Shown here: positions 57,340-64,000 of the stretch, piece after piece
How positions within the stretch are numbered: position 1 is the first letter of the stretch
Layout of the letters: each line of letters opens with the position of its first letter
From: an uncultured Gammaproteobacteria bacterium
GTDB taxonomy: Bacteria; Patescibacteriota; Patescibacteriia; Magasanikbacterales; UBA922
Direction: 5' to 3'
Length of the DNA: 64,000 bases
Assembly (NCBI GenBank): GCA_965231005.1
Contig: OZ246405.1
Coordinates: 949,657 to 1,013,656 of the forward strand
The notes under the pieces: model-generated
What the model was told of the DNA's origin: nothing
Seen by the model: only the letters and a program-made list of their open reading frames with translations
The model's database searches: none
Translations under genes and position numbers: made by a program

Positions 57340-57750
57340 TTAACGTTTTCTCCATTGGTGTCCTCTACGCGCTTTGTACTTACCATATTTCTTTCTTTCT
57401 TTTGCACGTGGATCTCTTGTAAGAAATCCTTCTGCCTTCAATGCTGGTTTTAATTCTTCGTCCCAAGCAACCAGTGCGCGAGCAATACCATGACGAACAG
57501 CTTCTGCTTGTCCGTGCAAACCACCTCCAGCAACACGTACAGAAATATCAAGTGTTCCAGCTCTTCCTGTTGCTTCAAGTGGAGCGAGTATTTTTTGTTG
57601 ATAAATCTTTACTGGAAAATATTCAAGATAATCTTTTTCATTTACAACAATCTGACCCTTTCCTGGGGTAAGTCGTACACGAGCAGCTGCTGTTTTTCTT
57701 CTTCCAACCGTTCGTACAAATGAATCTTTTGTGGCTTTCTTGTCTGCCAT
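57340..57750 (-). CDS. rpsI: 30S ribosomal protein S9
   Basis: 'GGGLHGQAEAVRHGIARAL', C-terminal 'ARRGHQWRKR'. Confidence 0.9.
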   Translation of the reverse strand: MADKKATKDSFVRTVGRRKTAAARVRLTPGKGQIVVNEKDYLEYFPVKIYQQKILAPLEATGRAGTLDISVRVAGGGLHGQAEAVRHGIARALVAWDEELKPALKAEGFLTRDPRAKERKKYGKYKARRGHQWRKR

Positions 57751-57751
57751 A

Positions 57752-58102
57752 TTAGTTCTTTATAGTTAAACGCTTAATCATTTCATCTCGAAGTTTATTT
57801 TTTGGAAGCATACCATATACAGCACGCTTAATAACTTCACCTGGATTTTCATCAAATACTTTTTTCATAGGTGTTCGACGAAGTCCTCCAGGATACATTG
57901 TGTGATGATAATAATCTTTTTGCGCTAATTTTTTTCCTGTAAATTTCACTTTTGATGCATTTTCTACAGTCACAAAATCACCAGCATCAATATGAGGAGC
58001 AAAATCTGGCTTATTCTTTCCTCTCAAAAGAACAGCAACCTCTGTCGCAATACGACCTGGCGCTTTTCCTGTTGCATCAATCTTATGATTTTCTCTCTTC
58101 AT
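57752..58102 (-). CDS. rplM: 50S ribosomal protein L13
   Basis: L13 blocks 'GRIATEVAVLLRGK', 'GDFVTVENA'; start trimmed to avoid overlap with rplQ. Confidence 0.85.
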   Translation of the reverse strand: MKRENHKIDATGKAPGRIATEVAVLLRGKNKPDFAPHIDAGDFVTVENASKVKFTGKKLAQKDYYHHTMYPGGLRRTPMKKVFDENPGEVIKRAVYGMLPKNKLRDEMIKRLTIKN

Positions 58103-58112
58103 ATATATCTTA

Positions 58113-58463
58113 TTAAACAAATTCAATACGTACCATATCTGCACCATCGTTTACACGATGACCGATTTTTGTAATACGGGTGTACCCACCATCTCTATCT
58201 TTGTACTTTGGTCCAAGCTCATCCATAAGTTTCTTTACTGCTCGGTCAGTGTACAATACTTTAATAGCTTGTCTTCGTGCTGTCAATGTATTTTTCTTTG
58301 CTTTTGTCACGAGTGGTTCAACAACAGAGCGAAGTGCTTTTGCCTTTGCTTTTGTTGTACGAATTGATCCATGCAAAATCAAACTATCAGCAAGACTTCT
58401 CATAAGTGCTTTTCGTTGTGCTCGCTCTCTTCCGAGTGTTGCTTTCTTTTTTTGATGTCTCAT
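58113..58463 (-). CDS. rplQ: 50S ribosomal protein L17
   Basis: 'MRHQKKKATLGRERAQRKALMRSLADSLILHGSIRTTKAKAKALR'. Confidence 0.9.
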   Translation of the reverse strand: MRHQKKKATLGRERAQRKALMRSLADSLILHGSIRTTKAKAKALRSVVEPLVTKAKKNTLTARRQAIKVLYTDRAVKKLMDELGPKYKDRDGGYTRITKIGHRVNDGADMVRIEFV

Positions 58464-58477
58464 ACGTACAAAATTAA

Positions 58478-59188
58478 TTAGGATTCAGATCCGTCACCTG
58501 CTAAATTCTGAAGGAGTGCAAAATGATCCATAAGAACCTTTGTTGCTTGTCCAACAGCTTCTTTTGGTGTTACTGTCCCATTTGTTACAACTGTTAGTGT
58601 TAATTTTTCAAAGTCAGTCACATCACCCACACGTGTCATTTCAACTTTGTATCCTACGTCTCTAATAGGTGTGTAAAGTGAGTCAATTGCAATTGTACCC
58701 AAATCATACTGCTTTGTATCTTTTTCTGAAGCTGGTACATACCCACGACCCTTTCCAATAGTAATATCCATATCTAGTGTCATGCTCGCATCAGTGATGT
58801 TTGCAATAACAAAGTCTGGATTCATAATCTCAATATCTGCATTCTTTTCAAAATCTGCACCAGTTACGGGACCTTTTCCTTTTTTACTCAAGTTGAGTGT
58901 TACAGGAGCGTCTGCATGAGACTTCACAGCAAGCTGTTTTAGATTCAAAATAATTTCTACAACATCTTCTTGCACACCCTCGATAGCAGAGAATTCATGT
59001 TGTACACCTTCAATCTTAACTGTTTCTACCGCTGCACCTGGAAGTGAAGAAAGGAGAACACGACGAAGCGCATTTCCAATGGTTGTTCCATATCCCTTGT
59101 GAAAAGGAGTAACAACAACTTTGGCAGTATGTGTGCCTTCAGTGTCTTGGAACTCTGTTGTAGTTGGGAGCATGATTTGGTTTTCCAT
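58478..59188 (-). CDS. rpoA: DNA-directed RNA polymerase alpha subunit, N-terminal domain only (no alpha-CTD)
   Basis: alpha-NTD blocks 'GYGTTIGNALRRVLLSSLPGAAV', 'EGVQEDVVEIILNLKQL'; ORF ends at ~236 aa, 14 nt before rplQ. Confidence 0.8.
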   Translation of the reverse strand: MENQIMLPTTTEFQDTEGTHTAKVVVTPFHKGYGTTIGNALRRVLLSSLPGAAVETVKIEGVQHEFSAIEGVQEDVVEIILNLKQLAVKSHADAPVTLNLSKKGKGPVTGADFEKNADIEIMNPDFVIANITDASMTLDMDITIGKGRGYVPASEKDTKQYDLGTIAIDSLYTPIRDVGYKVEMTRVGDVTDFEKLTLTVVTNGTVTPKEAVGQATKVLMDHFALLQNLAGDGSES

Positions 59189-59250
59189 ATATTTTTTTTA
59201 TGGAGGACAGGCAAATTGTCCCTCGCTGCCCTGACAAATGCCAGGATAAA

Positions 59251-59874
59251 TTAACGAGATGCGTAAAACTCAATAATTAATTTAACATCAAATACTTTTT
59301 CTTTTTCATCATCACTTGGCTTGTTCAACACTTTTCCAGTCTGTTTCTTTGCGTCAACTGAAACCCATCCTGGGAGGTTGTGTTTTGCAAGTCGGTCTGT
59401 CAATCCTTCAAAAATCTTTTTTCCTTCTTTTCCTTTTTTAATAGCGACTTCATCACCAGGCTTTACCAAATGAGAAGGAATGTTCATTTTCTTTCCATTC
59501 AATGTGAACATGTTATGACCAACCATTTGACGAGCTTGTGCACGTGTTGTTGCAAATCCCATTCTGTAAATAACATTATCAAGTCGAGATTCTAAAATTT
59601 GTACAAGATTTTGACCAGAATCACCTTCTAAACGACTCGCTTCTGTAACATATCCGCGGAACTGTCGTTCACGAAGTCCATACATGTACTTTGCTTTTTG
59701 TTTTTCAATAAGTTGTTTTCCGTAAGAAGACTTTGATGGTCGGCGTTTTGAAACACCATGAACACCTGGCTTTTGGCCAAGTCTTCGTGCAACCTTGGTT
59801 GGATTTGTTTTCAATCCAAGATTGATACCGAATCGTCTTGCAATTTTATTTTTTGGTCCAATATATCTACCCAT
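59251..59874 (-). CDS. rpsD: 30S ribosomal protein S4
   Basis: 'MGRYIGPKNKIARRFG', S4 domain. Confidence 0.9.
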   Translation of the reverse strand: MGRYIGPKNKIARRFGINLGLKTNPTKVARRLGQKPGVHGVSKRRPSKSSYGKQLIEKQKAKYMYGLRERQFRGYVTEASRLEGDSGQNLVQILESRLDNVIYRMGFATTRAQARQMVGHNMFTLNGKKMNIPSHLVKPGDEVAIKKGKEGKKIFEGLTDRLAKHNLPGWVSVDAKKQTGKVLNKPSDDEKEKVFDVKLIIEFYASR

Positions 59875-59882
59875 ACATTATA

Positions 59883-60278
59883 TTATACTCGTCGACGTTT
59901 TGGTGGACGACAACCATTATGTGGAATTGGTGTTACGTCTTTAATTGATAAGACTTGAATACCGTTTGAATGGAATGCGCGAATTGCACCTTCTCTTCCA
60001 CCACCAATACCTTTTACAAAAATACTAATTTCTTTAACACCGTATTCTTTTACACGCTCTGCAACACTGCGAACAACTTGTTGTGCAGCATATGGTGTTG
60101 CTTTTTTTGGTCCTTTGAACCCAACAGCACCTGCACTTGACCAACCAAGTACATCACCATTCTGATCTGTAACAGTAACAATAGTATTGTTAAACGTAGC
60201 CTGAATATATGCTCGGCCATGTCCAACATTTTTATTGATAATTTTCTTTTTCTTTTTTGATTTTACTTTTTTTGCCAT
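59883..60278 (-). CDS. rpsK: 30S ribosomal protein S11
   Basis: '[15 protein letters not shown]', '[14 protein letters not shown]'. Confidence 0.9.
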   Translation of the reverse strand: MAKKVKSKKKKKIINKNVGHGRAYIQATFNNTIVTVTDQNGDVLGWSSAGAVGFKGPKKATPYAAQQVVRSVAERVKEYGVKEISIFVKGIGGGREGAIRAFHSNGIQVLSIKDVTPIPHNGCRPPKRRRV

Positions 60279-60306
60279 ATAAATAGGTAAGAGCAACTGC
60301 TATACA

Positions 60307-60693
60307 TTACGTTTTTTGAGCAGCAGGTTTCTTTCCGCTGACTGCAATATTTCTTTTATTTCCACGCAATGTTCTTGAATTTGTTTTTGTTCGTTGTCCA
60401 CGTACTGGAAGTTTCTTTGCGTGTCGTGTTCCACGATATGATTTAATATCTCGAAGTCGTTTAATATTACTTGAGATAACACGTCGTAAATCACCTTCTG
60501 TGTTGTGTTGTTTTTCAATAATTTGACGAATAATATCTTCTTGCGCACGAGTTAAATCTTTTGTGCGAATACTTTCATCAATATTTGCAAGTTTCAAAAT
60601 CTTTTCTGCTGTAGTACTTCCAATACCAAATACATATGTTAATGCAATAACGATTCTTTTATTCTTTGGAATGTTTACACCTGATACACGCAT
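60307..60693 (-). CDS. rpsM: 30S ribosomal protein S13
   Basis: 'MRVSGVNIPKNKRIVIALTYVFGIG'. Confidence 0.9.
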   Translation of the reverse strand: MRVSGVNIPKNKRIVIALTYVFGIGSTTAEKILKLANIDESIRTKDLTRAQEDIIRQIIEKQHNTEGDLRRVISSNIKRLRDIKSYRGTRHAKKLPVRGQRTKTNSRTLRGNKRNIAVSGKKPAAQKT

Positions 60694-60709
60694 ATGTTAT
60701 ATAAATGAG

Positions 60710-60847
60710 TTATGCTGACTTTACCCGTTGTTTTTGTCCTTGTCGTTGTTTGTGTCTAGGATTTTCACAAATAACATACACAGAACCGCGTCGACGGACT
60801 GTCTTACATTTTTTACATCTTTTTTTTACTGATGACTGTACTTTCAT
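60710..60847 (-). CDS. rpmJ: 50S ribosomal protein L36 (with short C-terminal extension)
   Basis: Hand translation: [37 protein letters not shown]... (C-x2-C...C-x4-H zinc ribbon); below ORF-track cutoff. Confidence 0.75.
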   Translation of the reverse strand: MKVQSSVKKRCKKCKTVRRRGSVYVICENPRHKQRQGQKQRVKSA

Positions 60848-60916
60848 AAAAAAAATCCACAAACGGCGCGCGATATCTTCGTCTAACAAGACTCCACCAC
60901 GCTTACTGTCTGGATA

Positions 60917-61132
60917 TTAATAGCGATATGTTATGCGTCCTTTTGTAAGATCATATGGAGTCATTTCTACCTTTACTTCATCGCCCACGCCTAGCCGAAT
61001 ACGATGCATACGCATTTTTCCAGCAAGATGTGCAATGACTTCATGATCATTTTCGAGAAGCACTCGAAATTTCGCTCCTGGTAGCAATTCTTCAATGCTT
61101 CCTTTGAGCTCTACTACGTCTTTTTTTGACAT
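60917..61132 (-). CDS. infA: translation initiation factor IF-1
   Basis: '[51 protein letters not shown]'. Confidence 0.9.
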   Translation of the reverse strand: MSKKDVVELKGSIEELLPGAKFRVLLENDHEVIAHLAGKMRMHRIRLGVGDEVKVEMTPYDLTKGRITYRY

Positions 61133-61296
61133 GATCGCTATATGTTTAAACTGGCCATATTGTACAGGAATACAAATAGTATGTCAAGTTTCCCTGACTG
61201 ACCAGCTGTTAATAAGTGGTTTTGAGCTTAGTATAGCAGAAAATTTAGGATTTGTGAAGAAAATAGGTCAAAATTGGAAAGTTATACACAGGCCTC

Positions 61297-61328
61297 GATT
61301 ATTAGCTAATAGTTACTAGTTATTAGCC
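61297..61328. repeat. single-arm copy of the TTATTAG palindromic element
   Basis: gattattagctaatagttactagttattagcc. Confidence 0.35.
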
Positions 61329-61337
61329 AAGTATAGA

Positions 61338-61736
61338 TCACACCTTACTAAAATCATCTTTATATGGAAGAAGTTCTTCTAACTTCACTACTCGATCTTT
61401 TCCAAGAATAACCTCTGTATTTATATTATCTTTATTCATTTGTCGGATAAATTCTCTGCATCTTCCACAAGGATGCAGTACATGAACAGATCCGTCCTTA
61501 TCTTTCCAAACCGCAACAATTTTTTTAATACCATATTCTCCATTGGTCACCATGGTTCCAATTGCATTATGCTCTGCACAAAAACCCATACTTGACATAG
61601 TATCTATACAAACCCCTGTATAGATATTGTCATTCTCTGAAATAAGTGCACATCCAACATCACCAGATGTAAAATCTCCAATTTTTTCAGAGCGAACAAC
61701 ATCTGCTGCTGCTTGAATAAGTTCATCATTTCTCAT
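61338..61736 (-). CDS. cdd: cytidine deaminase
   Basis: 'CAEHNAI' and 'PCGRCREF' zinc-binding motifs. Confidence 0.8.
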   Translation of the reverse strand: MRNDELIQAAADVVRSEKIGDFTSGDVGCALISENDNIYTGVCIDTMSSMGFCAEHNAIGTMVTNGEYGIKKIVAVWKDKDGSVHVLHPCGRCREFIRQMNKDNINTEVILGKDRVVKLEELLPYKDDFSKV

Positions 61737-61775
61737 ACTAATAACTATTAAATAATAGATAATAAATATTAAATA

Positions 61776-62177
61776 TTACTTATATACCCAATATTTATAT
61801 AAAAAGAAATTCCACCCAACTGCAATACCAATTGCTGCAATACGTACAAGACGGTAGTCAAATTCAAGAAGTTCATTAAATATGTACATCATTGCCACAC
61901 CAAATATATAATTCCATGCTGCAAGAATTGCATATCGCACAAACTGTTTGTGTGGCATTGCATGATTCTTGAATGACCAATACTTATTTAACAAAAAATT
62001 ATACACCATAACGATACACAGGATAATTGCTACAGATATGGTTGCATTCATGTTGAGGACTGTTTTAGAAAAAATCAGCAGTCCCATGTCCAGAAAAAAA
62101 CCACTAAACCCAACAACAGCATACTTTGTAAACTCATGCCGTACAGACCATGCATACCCTAATGACTTTTTTATCAT
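61776..62177 (-). CDS. GtrA-family membrane protein
   Basis: 4-TM, 'KYAVVGFSGFFLDMGLLIF...LNKYWSFK'; start ambiguous (62177 or 62237). Confidence 0.5.
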   Translation of the reverse strand: MIKKSLGYAWSVRHEFTKYAVVGFSGFFLDMGLLIFSKTVLNMNATISVAIILCIVMVYNFLLNKYWSFKNHAMPHKQFVRYAILAAWNYIFGVAMMYIFNELLEFDYRLVRIAAIGIAVGWNFFLYKYWVYK

Positions 62178-62471
62178 AATAAAGAATAAGAAATAACAGA
62201 TCCACCTTTGCCCTACCTGCTTTGGCGGATGAAACAATTATATCAAAAAAGAACAAGAAGTACGATGTTCGTACTTCTTGCCTTGTGGGTTTACAGCTTT
62301 TGCAAAGGCAATTGCTGTGTCCGCCCTCCAACAGTTGCGTAGTGCCCCCTCCTGGAGCTACTGTCTGTGATCACTCTATACAGAACATTTGACGTTCTGT
62401 ATTAAATACGCTAGTGTACATGCAGAAAAAAGTCAATATAATAAGCAAAAAAACACACAAAATTAAACAAA

Positions 62472-63335
62472 TTGTTTAATAATTGGGTCATTATGCTATT
62501 AGGAGAGAACAATAACCTTGAAAATCATGTTATTCATATATTGGCACACTCAGGAAAAGCAAAAGTTGAAGATGTATTAGATGCATTTGGGCGTGATGAA
62601 AAAGGGGCCACAGTTCAAGGTGTTTACCGCGTACTCAGAAAACTACAAAAAGAAGGAGTCATTTCAAAGGAAAGGAGTTCTTATAGTTTGCGCATTCCAT
62701 GGCTACTTGAATTAGCAAGTTTAGTAGACACCATGGAGGACACGTATCTCAACAAAGAATATTTAAAACAATTACTTCCAGCACCTGGCGCTGCAAAAAA
62801 AGTTTGGACGTTTAGTAATTTACTAAAAATGAATGATGTGCGAATGCACATCTTGCTTGCTCTTACACGACACATTAAAAAAGGAATTGCTCTTCAGTAT
62901 GCACCTCATGATTGGTTTACTATTTTGAACATGAGACAAGCTGCCCAATTTAAAAAATCTTTTTTAGAACATATCAATAAAAGCTACGTCATTATTGGTG
63001 GCCAAAGTTATGTTGATAAATATATTAGAGCACTTTCAAAAACAGAAAAAGAAGAAACATATCTTGCACCAGAAGAAGATTGTGTTGAGCAAGAACGAAA
63101 TATGTATGTTGATGTTATTGATGATTATATTTTGACTATCAAATTAGACGATCACACAACAAAAAATATTGATACACTTTACAACAGCATAGCATCTGAA
63201 GATGATATGCATCTGCTCGATATTTTTGAAACATTCACTGGAAAAGTAAAAGTCAAAATGATTATAAAAGAAGACCCTCGGAAGGCCGGGGTCTATCGGA
63301 GAAAAGTTACAAATGCGTTTGGACCGTTACGATAA
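62472..63335 (+). CDS. hypothetical protein with winged-helix-like N-terminal segment
   Basis: 287-aa ORF; 'VQGVYRVLRKLQKEGVI'. Confidence 0.4.
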   Translation: MFNNWVIMLLGENNNLENHVIHILAHSGKAKVEDVLDAFGRDEKGATVQGVYRVLRKLQKEGVISKERSSYSLRIPWLLELASLVDTMEDTYLNKEYLKQLLPAPGAAKKVWTFSNLLKMNDVRMHILLALTRHIKKGIALQYAPHDWFTILNMRQAAQFKKSFLEHINKSYVIIGGQSYVDKYIRALSKTEKEETYLAPEEDCVEQERNMYVDVIDDYILTIKLDDHTTKNIDTLYNSIASEDDMHLLDIFETFTGKVKVKMIIKEDPRKAGVYRRKVTNAFGPLR

Positions 63336-63464
63336 TAGTTATTAGATATTAGTTAATAGCTACTAGATGATAAAGTGTTAGACTCTAGATACTAAAACAA
63401 GATTGGCAAGCCAATCTTGTTTTCTAATAACTATTAACTAATAGCTAGTAACCAGTAATTATTC
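63334..63464. repeat. stop-codon-rich palindromic element enclosing a perfect bidirectional terminator (63394-63423)
   Basis: outer arms taatagttattagatattagttaatagctactag / tctaataactattaactaatagctagtaaccag; inner AAAACAAGATTGG-caag-CCAATCTTGTTTT. Confidence 0.55.
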
Positions 63465-64000
63465 AAGAATAGCTCGAATTCTTCGCGTTCCAGCACTTAC
63501 TGATTTTTCTTTTTTAATAACAAAGCGACCAAGTGTTCCGGTCTGTTCTACATGTGGTCCACCACAAAATTCTCTACTAAATGTTTTTGCTTCTGCAGAC
63601 GCAGTTGGCATGTCATCTGGATCTCCAACAGAATACACTTTTACTTGATCTCCATATTTTCCATCAAATAATCCAATCGCACCTCGCTGCTTTGCATCTT
63701 CAACAGTCATCATTTGATATGACACAGGATAATCTGCACCAATGGCACTATTTACTAAGTCTTCAATGGCTTTTTTTTCTTCGTCAGTAAGTTTTTCAGG
63801 ATGAGAAAAATCAAAACGCAATCGTTCTGGAGTAATATTACTCCCCTTTTGCACTGCATGCGGTCCAAGAACTTTTAACACGGCTGCATGAAGCAAATGT
63901 GTTGCTGTGTGATACTTCACACTCATTTCACTGTGATCTGCAAGTCCACCTTTGAATTTCTTTTCTGATCCCTGACGAGAAAGATCTTGATGTTTTTCTT
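63459..64000 (-). CDS. alaS: alanyl-tRNA synthetase, C-terminal editing-domain part (gene continues beyond window end)
   Basis: 'HTATHLLHAAV' and 'CGGPHV' editing-site motifs; frame open to nt 64000; no C-Ala domain after editing core. Confidence 0.6.
   Translation of the reverse strand, partial: EKHQDLSRQGSEKKFKGGLADHSEMSVKYHTATHLLHAAVLKVLGPHAVQKGSNITPERLRFDFSHPEKLTDEEKKAIEDLVNSAIGADYPVSYQMMTVEDAKQRGAIGLFDGKYGDQVKVYSVGDPDDMPTASAEAKTFSREFCGGPHVEQTGTLGRFVIKKEKSVSAGTRRIRAILE

Noticed and set aside
1-64000. CRISPR arrays, rRNA genes, transposases/integrases
   Set aside because: No regularly spaced direct repeats, rRNA-like conserved blocks or DDE/tyrosine-recombinase motifs were seen anywhere in the window.

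Overview
AT-rich (~1/3 GC by eye) bacterial chromosome segment. Gene content and organisation look Patescibacteria/CPR-like; this is an inference from the compact housekeeping gene set, frequent lack of Shine-Dalgarno (SD) sites, short rpoA and short uvrC. The backbone carries ordinary genes: dnaX, folD, dus, secDF-secA, hpf, murB, uvrC, uvrA, uvrB, corA, murJ, lepA, recJ, an RNase HI-like gene, a glycan cluster (GT2/GT4/Wzx), the alpha-operon ribosomal block (infA-rpmJ-rpsM-rpsK-rpsD-rpoA-rplQ, then rplM-rpsI), cdd and the 3' part of alaS. Findings that the backbone annotation does not explain: (1) at least six compact GC-rich islands (~55-60% GC), each a small self-contained cassette with a strong SD and a GC hairpin terminator. 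They hold a lipoprotein, two small acidic/Cys-rich ORFs, an actinobacterial-type rpiB, a 65-aa ORF, and a two-gene module of unknown function at 41.6-43.5 kb. This reads as repeated horizontal acquisition from a high-GC donor. (2) Two consensus-promoter-driven GC-rich non-coding transcription units (35.2-36.5 kb) and a GC-rich RNA region ending in an 85-nt tRNA-like element with a G3:U70 pair and a tmRNA-like GGTTCAAT...CCACCA 3' end (44.4-45.05 kb); their identities are unresolved by eye. (3) A VirB4-like ATPase operon of four genes (1.36-5.9 kb). (4) A SecD whose periplasmic head carries tandem parvulin-type PPIase-like domains. (5) A family of stop-codon-rich palindromic intergenic repeats built from TTATTAG/CTAATAA units. 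(6) A partial duplicate of the tRNA-Gln 5' end upstream of the intact tRNA. No CRISPR array, rRNA or obvious transposase was seen.
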